Assembly (NCBI RefSeq): GCF_964355755.1
Contig: NC_092676.1
Coordinates: forward strand, 28,910,871-28,974,870
Origin: Antedon mediterranea
Lineage: Eukaryota; Animalia; Echinodermata
DNA length: 64,000 nt
Direction of reading: 5' to 3'
The translations under genes were made by a program, and so were the position numbers. This document shows positions 36,537 through 50,100 of this stretch, piece after piece. How positions within the stretch are numbered: position 1 is the first letter of the stretch; every line of letters begins with the position of its first letter. The notes below the pieces were generated by a model. That model did not search any database and was not told the origin of the DNA. It saw only the letters and a program-made list of their open reading frames with translations.

Positions 36537-37559
36537 TATGTGATCGTCTGAAACATAGTTAAAGATAAATCGTTTTTGTTTCCTTTTCCTCGTAGGATAG
36601 TTCAGTTATTTTAATTGAAAAAAAAATAGAAAATTGACTTAAATCATAACACACTTTTCATCTTCTTTTTAAAAAAATAAATACATTTGCCTAGCCTAAA
36701 TTATATAACTGAGGACAACGTAACTGGGCCGGCAGTAGGCCTACTCGTCCGTCCGTCTGTCTAGGTACATAACCGAATTGCCAAGAATAAAACATTTCTC
36801 AGTTAGGCTAAAAGGGCATCTATTATCCACATACAATCACTGAATCCTTAATAACATTAATTAAAATTTCATTAATATTTTCAATCGGTTTTATTGATTT
36901 TCTTTGGGGTTTTTTTTTTTTTATTTTGATAAAATTCTACCATAATTTGTTATTTTGGCAGCCTTTCAGAAGTTTTCGCTTTTGGGGTTTCGCCGCTCTT
37001 ATTTATAATTATTTTATCGCAAACTTTGTACATAGAAAACAAAAGAGAAATAAATGTTTTTGAAAAAAAAATGCATTCATTGATACTTTGTTTGGATTTT
37101 AGATATTGACAATTTTTTTATCTAATAAATCCATGCATAGGCCTACAATTTTGAAAATTGCGTTTGACCTACTGTCTACATTATTATGATAAACGAAAGG
37201 CAATCTAAATTCAGGATCTAAGTTAGTACAATAACTATTAATTACAAAAAAAATAATTGTTCTAACCAACCTGATTTTGGTGTTTTTCAACAGATACCGC
37301 AGTAGGATTTTTGCGTCCGGTATTTTAGGATCTGGCAGAACTAATGAATCAATATGAGGAATCTAGAAGGATCTATACAGCGGAAATTTCCACTGTAATT
37401 TCCATCCTGTCTTGAATCAACAACCAACCAAGTGCTTACATTTAGACAGGCTCACCCATAATTTAAAAGGGGGTTTCTTATGACTGTGTTCTACCACACT
37501 CATGTTTAAAGCGTAATGTTTGTTATATATTTATAAATCTACTCTGACGATAGAAAACA

Positions 37560-37685
37560 TGGAATGTTTTGACTACCTCCAAAACCGAACCCAAATCACA
37601 TCCTTTAATTCTCACTCCTCGTGCTGCCTTCCTATGACTTGTGGCGTCCCCCAAGGATCTATACTCGGACCTCTCCTTTTCCTCG
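37560..37685 (+). mobile_element. LINE (CR1/L2-like) reverse-transcriptase fragment
   Basis: YLQNRTQ...CGVPQGSILGPLLFL is the classic non-LTR RT motif. Confidence 0.85.
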
Positions 37686-37904
37686 TTTTGATTTTCGTCT
37701 GAAAATTTGCAGGCCGCAGACATCCGATAAGAATGATGTAGGTTATCATACCGTATTTGGCTATATGACTTACAGATAGAAACTGATACAATAAACTCTG
37801 ATTATAGCTCAAATAATGCAAGTGATTCAAAAAGAAGAAAACACAGACGACGTGGAAAGAAATATGGTAGATCAAAAACAAGCAAGTAGTGTAGTAATAT
37901 TAAA

Positions 37905-38590
37905 ATAGTATTTAATAATATCAATAGGTTAACGTCTGTTAGACTCAATGAGATTGCTCATTTAATCAAAGAGAATAATATTCAGGTTTTTGGCGTTGCA
38001 GAAACCTTTTTAACTAATGATAATAATATTAATATAGATGGTTATAATGGTTTGGTAAATGTAGAAAACACAAGCGAGGAGGGGGTGTAGGTGCCTTTGT
38101 TGCGAAATATATCACTATTTTAGATGACAAATGAATGTTTTTAATTGTAAATCCGATGACTGCGAAAGAATTTGGGTAAAAGTGTGTTTTGAATCAAGTC
38201 GTTATCCTCTAACCCAGTTTTTTAACTCTTGTCCAGCGTCTTCGTCCCTTCTGTCCTCGTTCTGTCACGTGTTTTTGTCCTGTGTCTTGTTGTGCTTGTG
38301 TATGTAGCTTAAATTTTTTATTATTTTTTTATTATTTTTTCTTTATTCTTGTTATTTATTTATTCATATTTTATTTTCATTTATTTATTTATTGACTACT
38401 TTTGAAACATTTATTATATATACTTTTTGAATTATTTTTTTCTGGTGGAACTAGCCTTAAAGCCCTCTGGGCTTATTTATGTTTTTCCAGCATAAGTGTA
38501 TTCTAAATTTTTTTTTTTTAAACACACTGTAATATTATTTCACAATGATGTATCTTATGAAAATAAATTGAATTGAATTGAAATTGAATT
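37905..38590 (+). mobile_element. Decayed LINE: APE-endonuclease fragment plus 3' tail
   Basis: Translates with frameshifts to NINRL...IQVFGVAETFL...IDGY...RKHKRGGGVGAFV. Ends aataaa(ttgaa)n at 38560-38590; a similar tail lies at 24615-24645. Confidence 0.65.
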
Positions 38591-38994
38591 ACGCTTCTGC
38601 ATTTTGTATGAAAAAAGTGTAATAGGCCTGTTGGTTATGATAAAAGAGATACATACCCGATTATGTTAATTATTTATTACTATACGAAGAAGCATTAGGT
38701 ACTGTTGAGTAGAGAAACATCTTTGTCCATGTTTGAGCAGATTTTTTCTCCACTGACGTTGGCCTATATTATAATATTGTTGCTTTCTATATGACTTTGT
38801 GCAGCTGCTAACTAAATGCTAAAATCAAAAAATACATAATGTAATTGTGTAAGGTTTTGAAAATTATTGATAGCAAATCATTAGTGCCGGGTTGTCGACA
38901 ATCTGTAGCTGGGGTTACTAGTGGTACTAATAAGCTACCGTTATACAATCATGAACTCAAAACACGTGGATAGATGACGTGACGACTTCGATTC

Positions 38995-41900
38995 TTACAA
39001 TGCTCTTTTCAGACAACTACACTCCAGTATCAGACAAACCAATGTAGCAAAACCGAATCCCTGTAAAAGCAAAATCAAATACTGTGTTAGGCTCTCTAAA
39101 ATCTATTATCCGATATTGAAATTTTAATTACTTGGTGATTTTATATTAATACGGGTTTGATGTTATTTTGCTTATAGGCGTCCCCTCCCTTCCAGCAATT
39201 GCCATGCCCAATTTTTATTAAATGTGTGCTGCCACCAATTCAAAAAGTTAAAGTCAATAATCATTATCCAATATATAAAACCGAAATTTGGTTCCCACTT
39301 GGACGAGGTGAGTGAGTTGACCAATCACAGGCGACAGTGATCCACCATTACATCATGATTCATGAGGTGATGTCATTAATAAACTGCTACTTTTTTTTTT
39401 TTTTTTAAATTCACATTTTAGGCAAATTGCCAAGGATCTCAAAGGTGGCAATCTCGTTGACAAGAAAAACATACACACAAGATGCTCTACATAAACAAAG
39501 ACTTTGGGAGTGAGTAGTTATGGGCGCTGGTATGGCACAAAAGCACAAAATCAGAAACGAATAAATAAACACGATGATTTATGTTTTTTTATTTGGACTC
39601 ATTTAAACAAACCCAATTTGTGTTTTGTATGTAACATTAAGGGTTGAGGGATGGAGGAAGAAGATAGGTACAAAGAGGAAACATTTTAAAATATATTCTT
39701 ATCCACTCAGTAACGAAATATTGTTTTTAATGTTTTATAGGCCTATAAATAATATACCACTAAATACAGTAAAACATTTACGATTTAATACTTTGTTAAA
39801 ACTCTCACTGTCATAGTCGATTGAAATAGTAAAGTACATGTAACGATACACCACTACGTACGTTTATATATTTTTAAATTATTAATTAATACAAACGTTG
39901 AGAAGCAACTGTCAGTAATAACGTTTATTTATTTGTATATTATATGTTTATAATCTAACAGTATAGGGCCTACCCACACTCACAGTAATAAAGTTTATTT
40001 GTATATTTGTTTATATTATATCTAACAGTACCAACACTCACAGTAAGAAATTTGCGATTCAAATTGCGATCAAAAAGTGGTTAATACCTTAACAGTATTG
40101 TAGCATTGCAATACTATTTATGTTTATTCTCCAAGGGGGCCCATAAATCTAAATCTATACCTCAATGGTTAAACCAAATAATTTGGAATGTTCCATTCAT
40201 CACAAATCAATACATTTGTAAAAACGTATATTACATGTATCAAAATAGCATTTTTAAAAGAAAATCGGCCTGTCTTCAACATTATGATGCTGTACTCGAA
40301 CGGTTCAACCGGTTTTCAGCTATTAAAAACAATTATCGTAGGAGGAGATAGGAAAATGCGAAGCATCCTCGTGTTATTGTGTGCGGGTATTTTTCAAATT
40401 GACATCCATTAGACAGTGTATACCACGATCGAAAAACACCCCTATTTGGGGCAAATCGTTGAACCTAAATTCGTTGTAATCGTCAATAACTAATTATCGA
40501 ACTCAATTTAATTAGTAAACAGGGTTACATCAGGTGGTTAAAATCAGTACCGAAAGTACGAACCAACTTTATATACCATCGAGTAAACATTCTAGAAATA
40601 ACGCGTGATTTACCGAATTTTGCCCTTACGTAAATTTATATATAGATTATGTTGTGTTGGTAACATTTAAAGTGGGTTAATTCAGTGTGTTGCCTACTAT
40701 ATGCTGTATAATTTAAATTTTACAACTTGTAGTCCAGTTTTACAAAGTAGGCCTACTGAAAAGTAAATGACTACGGAAGAATAAAACAATAGTTGTTTTG
40801 ATTGTATAAAATAGGTGTGATGTTTCGGATTTATAACAATATAGGTATTATTTAATTTGATTACATGACATCATGTACTTGGCGGTAATTTTAAAAAGAG
40901 ATACTTATGTATGCACGTGCAGGAGTTAATTGAAACTAGTTAATTGAGGTTTTTGCTTGATCTTTGGCGACATAATCCAAAGACATAAGTCATTTTCTTC
41001 CGGATATTTAGGATTTGAAAATAAAGGTTATTTAAGTATGTACAATTAAGTAAATAAAAGGTAATCTTATTAATCTTCCGGAATTGTCAACAAAGGGCGA
41101 AATCGAAAGCAGTGACATGGGTGTTTGACATACTAAAGTTTACTGTAACTTATCTATATAATTTTAACTTTAATTTAAATCATAAAAGGAAAAAACAAAA
41201 GAAATAAAAAGGACGCTTCTGATGTCATGCATAAATTAATTTGTTATGTTTAAATATCGGTAGGCCTACTTTGTAAAACTGGACTACAAGTTGTAAAATT
41301 TAAATTACACAGCATATAGTAGGCAACACACTGAATTAACCCACTTTAAAATGTTACCAACACAACATAATAGTATGTAACTAATTTAAAATATATACGG
41401 TAATACCTCTATTGTTATATTCAAAACCTATTGTTTCATACTTCCTAGTCTTTGTGCTATATGCCTGTTTTATCTGATTTTGTGCTTTTGTGCCATACCA
41501 GCGCCCATAACTACTGGAGTGGAGTTGCAAATTGTCATGAGAAAAAATTCTGACATATGACAGGACTTGAACCCAAGACCCTAGCCAAGCATCATAACCA
41601 CTGAAGCCACAACTCAACTCTATTAAAGCCACAACTCCACTAAAGCCACAAACTTACACCTGTGACAGCTTGAATGTTCTCGTTGACTTGAAATCCGTAT
41701 GGCTTGAATAAGTAATTTGCTTCTTTTCGATTGGACGCTACACAGGCTATTGAAGCGACTAAAAGGGGAAAAGCTACCGCAATACAAAAACGGATCTCCT
41801 GTAACGAAAGAAATAACATGAGTTATACGAGTGTGCTCTACTATTCCTAATGGTTCTCACTAGAGACGCAACAGAAGGAGACAACGCAAGTGATTTAACC

Positions 41901-43108
41901 AATCACAAACGATGGATAAGTCGCTTGTCATTGGTCAACTCGCTGCGTTGTGTCTTCTACGTCAAGGTTGCGTCACATCAACTCAACAACCTAGGCACAG
42001 CGCAAGTTAGTGACCAATCACAAGCGACAGTTCTGATGAGCCATCGCGGAGTGATATGAGAGGATCCAAGCTTTAAAGACAAAATCAAATTATAGGCCTG
42101 CCTATAACTAATTGTTTAATTTTGTGTGCATATTCCATGTACATGTTCCATGTGCACAAATGACACACATAAGAGTGAAGGCCTACTATACCATTGATTG
42201 CGACCCATCAGTAATGTCGTCTGGCATGATAAGGTGACCAAGCACAATGACCATTATCGAGACTGCCAATAGCATTGCGAATACTGCAAATAAGTAATAT
42301 CCCCACAACATACTGATACAAAGCTGGGGAGGTGCGTTCACGTTGCACTCGATTATTTTATAGAAACTAAGACAGAATCCATTAATCAGAAAAATCTGTA
42401 AAGAGACAATTGTGATATTGTTTTGCGAAACTTTAAGCTTGATACACTCTAGTACACAATTAAAGAACGTAAGCGCAACGCTAGTCTACGTTCTAGACAG
42501 AGTTTTGACTTAATATTAGTAAAAATAAATATTTTGGCACATATGGCGTTTCATACGTATACTACTTTTGCTTTTAAATTGAAAAAAAGCCGACTGGTGG
42601 TGGACTAACAATAAAGACAATAACTACAGCCTTCTTGTCTAGCGCAACGCAGGTAATTTGACAAACAATAAGCGACTAAACTGTTGCTTGTCATTGGTCA
42701 AATAACTTGCGTTCCGCGTACGTTTTTGCGTTCCGCGTACGTCCTTGCGTTGATTGCGTACGTCCTTGCGTTGGTTGGGTGGGATGATAGTAAGCCCGTA
42801 TAATAATAATATGTCACTCTGAGAAATTCATAACTCACAGCTTGTTTCATTTCCATATTATTCCAATACAAGGAAATGTTAACTACAAGTTTAAATTAAA
42901 TCCATGATACGTAGGCCTACAACCAATAGAAAATGCTTCCCCCCTAATAAACTGGATTTTTTCAGCCGACTGACAATTGGTTGTTATTCGATTTCGTCAA
43001 TCGGTTTTCGTGGTCCAAGTGAATCAGTATAATACTTACCACTTCAAAAATTTTAGCTATTCCATTTAGCGTTATCAGGTACCAGTACCATCCGTACTTA
43101 AGCTTCAT
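38995..43108 (-). CDS. MARVEL-domain 4-TM protein, copy D, ~159 aa (divergent)
   Basis: Exons 43108-43040 (MKLKYGWYWYLITLNGIAKIFEV), 42395-42192, 41798-41658, 39060-38995 (GFGFATLVCLILEC...TAA). Phase-0 introns at homologous positions. Confidence 0.85.
40647..41371. mobile_element. ~725-bp element with ~110-bp TIRs
   Basis: 40647-40756 is the near-perfect reverse complement of 41260-41371. No clear TSD. Confidence 0.75.
41470..41620 (-). mobile_element. tRNA-derived SINE; a related 3' part lies on plus at about 39430-39570
   Basis: Pol III A box TGGCTTCAGTGG and B box GGTTCAAGTCC on minus. Tail agtagttatgggcgctggtatggcacaaaagcacaaaatcaga is shared with 39514-39556. Confidence 0.7.
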
Positions 43109-43167
43109 GACTTAACAGGTTGGAATCTAAAGATATCAAGAACTTAAACACCAATGACTGGTGGGCA

Positions 43168-43996
43168 GTCGTTGCAAAATGGAAAATGAACGGAAACTAA
43201 AAAATAAAACAAAACGGTTGCTCATTTAAGCTGCAAGTAAACTGTACCGAAACCTTCACAATTGTTTTTGGTCTCATTTTGACGCATTTTGTCAAATATA
43301 TTTTTTGTAGGCAAATTATGGAAAACTACTCTCAGGAGGTACGTATAAATGTTTTTAGTATCTTTTAGTTTTTTAGTTTTTTAGTTTCTTCGGTATAAAG
43401 TTCAAATATTAGGCCTACATAATAGTATTATATATTGAATATAGGCCTGATTGTGTACTTAATTTCACAAGCTGTTTGGAGCAGGTTACAGTTAAACAAA
43501 ATTAAATGATGATGCGTTTTAAACTGTATACCTTACAATGTAGTGTTAATTTGACCAATCACAAGCGATAGATTCTAATTGTCGTTGCAAAATGGAAAAT
43601 GAACAGAAACTGAAAAATAAAACAAAACGGTTGCTCATTTAAGCTGCAAGTAAACTGTACCGAAACCTTCACAATTGTTTTTGGTCTCATTTTGACGCAT
43701 TTTGTCAAATATATTTTTTGTAGGCAAATTATGGAAAACTACTCTCAGGAGGTACGTATAAATGTTTTTAGTATCTTTTAGTTTTTTAGTTTTTTTAGTT
43801 TCTTCGGTATAAAGTTCAAATATTAGGCCTACATAATAGTATTATATATTGAATATAGGCCTGATTGTGTACTTAATTTCACAAGCTGTTTGGAGCAGGT
43901 TACAGTTAACAAAATTAAATGATGATGCGTTTTAAACTGTATACCTTACAATGTAGTGTTAATTTGACCAATCACAAGCGATAGATTCTAATTGTC
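43168..43996. repeat. 413-bp direct tandem duplication just upstream of the copy D start exon
   Basis: Near-identical units start at 43168 and 43581. Confidence 0.95.
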
Positions 43997-44180
43997 GCTT
44001 GTTATTGGTTAACTCACTTCATTTGCGTCAATTACGTCCTTGCGTAGCATCCAGCTTTAAAGCAACTGACTTGAAATTCAATTGACCAATAAGATTATAG
44101 TGTTCATGCAATAACGCATCTCTGTATTTTGTTTATAATCAATCCGTGTTTGTATGAGTCGGGTTGGTGAACATCAGTTC

Positions 44181-45838
44181 AAAATACGCAGAATTTTTTC
44201 CAAAATACGTCAAGTTGAGGGCGCTATACTAATCCAAAATACGCGAGTCTTTTCAAAATACGTCGACTTGAGGGCGCTATTCATTTTCCAAAATACGTCA
44301 AGTTGAGGGCGCTATAGATTATCCCAAATACGAGAATTGTCCAAAATACGCCAATTGAGGGCGCTATTCATTTCCAAAATACGCGTTTTGTCCAAAATAC
44401 GTCAATTTGCAATTTGGGACCGCTATTAATTTTCCAAAATGCGTCAACTTGAGGGCGATTCCAAATGTATCATATTGAGAGTGTAAGGTAAAATTACAGT
44501 TTAATGTATTAAAAAAAAGTTTCTTGGAATAAAACAAACAAGTACATTTTAGTTATAAATGAAAGTATTGGAAGGCAGAATTTTTTGTAAATAAAATGTC
44601 ATAGAGTAGCCAATTATTATTTTTCAATGTAATCATTTATTACTGAATAAAAACAAATATGTGCCAACATCAGTCAATAGACAGTGCCTATAATATACAT
44701 TAATAATGTCTGAACGATGTACGATTGCATTGCCAGACGTAGCTAGTTTAAATGCGGCATAGACCGGCTACAAAACCAGCATGTACGTATATAGTATTTA
44801 AGTATAGTCATATGTATGTGTTATATATTTGGTGATCTACAAAATCGATATTTTTCCCGAGCTCGACAGAAGACCAACATCACTTTCAATTTAATGTACA
44901 GTACTTATGGTCAAATAAGTTACCTAATCTGAAATCTAACATAATAGTTATTTCATATAATATATAATAATAAAAAGCATATGGTATTGTAATTAAAAAA
45001 TTAATTAAAATAATATCAATAATTGGTTAGAAGAAGTAAAGTAATTATTTAAAGATGTATTGTCCCTTCAAAGTAATATTAAAGTTATTCACTCTAAGTC
45101 GAAAATTTGAGCCAAAAACAACAGGTTTACGTAATTAACAGGTAAATTAATTAGATTACATTTCGTCTGGGAAATCGTCGCAAGCGAAAGTAAACAAAGA
45201 TTTCAAACCATCATTATGCATTATGCATGATGCTAATTAGGATTTTTTACAACTCGTCACGGTGGTTGAAAAGGTGTTTTTACACAGATCGCGAAGAAGT
45301 TTTATGATTATGCATACAGAGTAGCCAAACAAGCGCGTTGCATTATGAGATATGTTTTGATTGAAAACTTTGACTGGAAGTCAAAGTTATTTTTTGAACA
45401 AAAAAACATCTGTATTTCGGTTAATTTTTTTTTTTTTCGACTAGTTTTTGGTGAAAGTTAATAACTATTAAATACTATACTTCAAAATGACCCCCTTTTT
45501 TTGAAAATTTAATAAAAAAAATTTTTTTTTAATTAGTCAAAGGGACAATACATCTTTAAATCGCGTATTTTGGAAAATGAATAGCGCTCTCAAATTGACG
45601 TATTTTGGAAAATTACAAGCGGTTCCAAATTGACGTATTTTGGACAAATCGCGTATTTTGGAAAATGACTAGAGCCCTCAACTTGACGTATTTTGGACAA
45701 TTCGCGTGTTTGGAAATGAATAGCGCCCTCAAGTTGACGTATTTTGTAAAGACTCGCGTATTTTGGATTAGTATAGCGCCCTCAACTTGACGTATTTTGG
45801 AAAAATTCTGCGTATTTTGGACTGAATTTCACCAACCC
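44181..45838. mobile_element. Non-autonomous TIR element (hAT-like ends) with subterminal caaaatacgtcaacttgagggcgcta arrays
   Basis: gggttggtgaa...caaaatacgcagaatttt is mirrored at 45800-45838. The ~280-bp repeat-rich arms are inverted. Confidence 0.85.
45053..45555. mobile_element. Kolobok-like non-autonomous element nested in the previous one
   Basis: TTAA|AGATGTATTGTCCCTT ... AAGGGACAATACATCT|TTAA. A decayed relative lies at about 20890-21238. Confidence 0.8.
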
Positions 45839-47133
45839 TATTGGTTTGTATTGATATTATATGTATATACAAATATATAAACTGAAAGACACACAAATTA
45901 TGATAACAAACGATTCATAAGTAAACAACTTGTTATTAAATATGCAATAGATAAAATAACAAAAAATATCCAGAAAATAATGTAAACATATAATATGAGT
46001 TCTGTAATTGTTTTTTATGTAACATTGAATGAATAAAGGTGGTGGTTAACCACAAAAGATTAAAAAAAAAAAAATCAATCAGTGTTTCTGAATGTTATGT
46101 TATCCGTACGCACACAGTATTTCCAGAAAGAGTAATTTTACCCTTTATTGGTATGTCTTTTAAATAATTAAAACATTAATTTAACTCTTCCCTATCGTGA
46201 GTCTCCATTTTGTAAATTAAATGGAACCGTTCGTTAAAATCATTAAAAAACTTTGCTTATACTTTCTTTTTAAAGTAAACAAAAGACTAACCTACCATTT
46301 GTTTGCTATTTTATATTTTTTTTAAGAACTCTCATTCACCCATCTTAACCAAATTAACGGCAAACAACCGGTTTTAGGAGAATCAAAAGTTTTCGTTATT
46401 GCGCATGCGTATTAATATGTTCATTCACTTTTTGTGACGTGGACAAATGCGCAACCAATCGTTTTCGATTCGCGCATTCGTTAACAGAAAACAGGTGTGA
46501 TGATGATTAATAATTGATACACAATTAAAAGTAAGTTATAATGGCGACATGATTCACTGATGAATACTGTATTACAACTCTGTATAGAAAGGTAAAGTAA
46601 GTGTATTTACAGTACATATAAAGTTATCAAATATGAAGTAAAAATGTAATTAAAATGATACAGAAATCAATATTGTGGTAGCAAAATGCTAGTGGAGTTT
46701 CCATTATTTAACTAAACTAAATTATCTATTATATATACTGTAATATTATAACGTACCTACGCGACCACAGCAGCAATGAAGTTACCGACTACTGCATTAA
46801 TGTACGTTACTGCAGAAGCGATGAATACGTTTCTTAAATTATAGACATCCTCTTAGTAGTAATGTACGTTACTGCAGCAGGAAATATTTCTTAAATGACT
46901 GATTTATCTTAAAGTCATTTGCCCAACTTACAGACAGCAGAAGCGATGAAAGTCCGTTTCTAAATCATTTGTCCAACTTTACGAACTGCAGTAATGTACG
47001 TTACTACAGCAGCAAAGAACTCATCACAGACATCATAATCAAAGTCATGTGTCCTATAAACTAACTAAGAAGCGCTCTAATTCCATACAGACGAATTATT
47101 CGATGAAAAACAAAATGTTCTCCCGTGTACGGC

Positions 47134-50100
47134 CTACAGAGAAGGTGAGTTTGCAATTCTACGCAGAAAAATACACTCAACTACCAGAAGAACTACTGCA
47201 ACAAAACCGAGTACCTGATGGGAAAAAAAAGATTAGAATTCCGCCATAGAAACAAACGTTACGTAATTCAAAGGGATTTTCACTCATGCTGCCCAGTGTC
47301 TCAGCTCTAATCCCAGTCTATACTAGCAAACTTCTTGAACGAGTTTGATAATATAAGTTTTCCAACTGGTAAACTTTTGTTTTGGTTAACCTTTCTCGAT
47401 TGAGAATATAAGGCCGTACCGTCACTGACTGAAGTTAACATATGCAGTTTCTATGTGAAAGAGACAGTAACTGCCGCTTATATGTATGTATTTATTTTTT
47501 TTTTTTTTTTTAATTAATTAATATTAAATAATAGGCAGTCCTGTAACCAAGGAAGATACTAGCAGACTGTAGTTTAAAGACTAAAGATTGCCAGTGTAAA
47601 CTAAACCAAGCAGCAGCCTTTGTAAGTTTTTTTTTAACTACTAACATCTTGCGTTAAATGGTTCAAGTGGAAACCAAGCTCAATATTCAACATTATACTC
47701 ACAACGGCAGTGATTTGTTTGTCTAGTTCTTGAAATCCTTTGTCATTTTTGTCTTTTACGTCGGACGCAAGGCAAGCTGAACCAACCAAAACGAGGATAG
47801 CAGCTACAACACAAAAACCAATCTCCTGTAACGAAAATAATACTTAAAAAATTGATACAATTATTATCTTCTCACAAAACGTTGATTTGACGATATTATG
47901 CAAGTGGACAACAGGCTAGACATGATGATGATGTCTATCCAAAAAGTATACAAAATAATTCACAAAGTGACCATACCGCTTTGGCAACTTTAGCCCTGAT
48001 GAGCTTCATCCAGGCAGGCATGATGAGGTGACCAATCACAGCGACCACTATCAACACTCCTACAAGGATTGCAATCACTGCGTATACGTAATACTCCCAT
48101 GGTGCATCACCGCAAATCTTACCAATTAATATAAAGTCTATGCACTTTTCGAGTTCGATGATTCGATCAAGAATAAGAGCGAATCCGACGATCAATAAAA
48201 TCTGTAATATAAAGGAAAATGAAACGTTAGTGTCTTATTCAAGCACATCGGGGCATTTAGAAATCGGATAACTGCTCTAAATGTCTATATCAAAATTTTG
48301 AATAATTATGAATTTGCTGGTTTTTTTTTATATTATAGGCCTAATATAAATTTATTACGACTAATGTTCGTAAAAAGAACATGGGCGTATGGCAATAAAA
48401 ACCTAGTCTTAGACTTAAGCCTGGCTTTAATCTAGACCTTTCAGTTAATATCCTACCATGATTAAGTCTACTCCGCGGAGTCTACGGCAATATCCAATAT
48501 TGCGGTCTTTTTAATACTAATAGTTAAGAATTTCAAACAATTTGAACAAGCTTAAAGTTAATGACAAATGAGGGCGCTATACAGACAAGTATAAATCGAG
48601 TATGAGGTATATTCAGAGCGTCATTTCGACGATCGAGCATTCTCTACTTCTACGGAGCGCCATTTATGCCTTTATTTACTTACGAAATAGAAATAGTACT
48701 ACGGTAGCTGCTCCAGTGGACCAAATTTAGCACTAGTGGAGCGCAGTGATAGGAAAAGAATATTAAAATTAGTGACTTATTTCTATTTATTTCTTATGTT
48801 AATACACTGTGCTCAAGTGGACACAATTTGGCGCCAGTGAGGAGCACAGTGATATAAAATAGAAATAAGTGTCACTGAATTTTAATATCTTTTCGTATGT
48901 TAATACACTGTGCTCAAGTGGACCCAATTTGGAGCCAGGGGAGCACAGCCTTTTCGAAGGTTGTTGATTGCGATCGCGCTCGCGATCCTTAAACACGAGG
49001 GACTGCCATTAGGCTTGTAGCTTTATAACTTAGCTTATATATTATTAGCCTAGGCCTAGATTGGTTTTAACTTTTAAAAATCCACGTGTTTTTAGGCCTC
49101 TTGACAGAAAAATCAACACTGTCAAAAGCTAGGCTCTATTTTGAAAATTAAGGAGCGCGATAAATTGCTCTACTCGAAGCCTGTTGAGGAGCGCGGAGGA
49201 GCGCGGTCGCGCAGGCGCTCCTTATAAATGATGCCCTGGCACAGGAAGAGTGATATAAAATAGAAATAAGTCACTGAATTTTAATATATTTTCGTATGTT
49301 AATACACTGTGCTCAAGTGGACCCAATTTGGAGCCAGTGGAGCACAGTTATATAAAATAGAAATAAGTCACTAAATTTTAATATCTTTTCGTATTAATAC
49401 ACTTGCTCAAGTGGACACAATTTGGAGCCAGGGGAACACAGTGATATAAAATAGAAAAAAGTCACTGAATTTTAATATCTTTCGTATGTTTATACACTGT
49501 GCTCAAGTGGACCCAATTTGGAGCCAGGGGAGCACAGGAAGAGTGATATAAAATAGAAATAAGTCACTGAATTTTAATATCTTTTCGTATGTTAATACAC
49601 TGTGCTCAAGTGGACCTAATTTGGCGCCAGTGGAGCACAGTGATATAAAATAGAAATAATTCACTGAATTTTAATATCATTTCGTACAGTATGTTAATAC
49701 ACTGTGCTCACGTGGACCCAATTTGGTGCACGCGCCAGTGAGCACGCAGTGACATAAAATAGAAAAAAGTCACTAAATTATAATATTATTTTTTCGTATT
49801 TTAATACACTGTGCTCAAGTGGACCAAATGTGGCACCAATGGGAGCACAGGGAAATAGTCACATGCAAAAACATCGAGAAAAAATACTTCTGGAATTTAA
49901 AAATATTTCAAACTTGGTATATTTGTTCAATATCGGTTACTCCCTCCGTAAACCAAAAGAAAAAATAGTTTCAAGCCACATCAGTGATTTTAATAACTTG
50001 CGTTTGCATAAGATGATACTTACGAAAAAACATACAATTCCGACACATATGTTAAACTCTAATAATGATTTTTACACAAAAAAAACCCGGTTAGGAATTC

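Noticed and set aside
41540-41620. Possible tRNA gene
   Set aside because: A and B boxes are present but I could not fold a cloverleaf, and it continues into a tail shared with another dispersed copy, so it is called a SINE.
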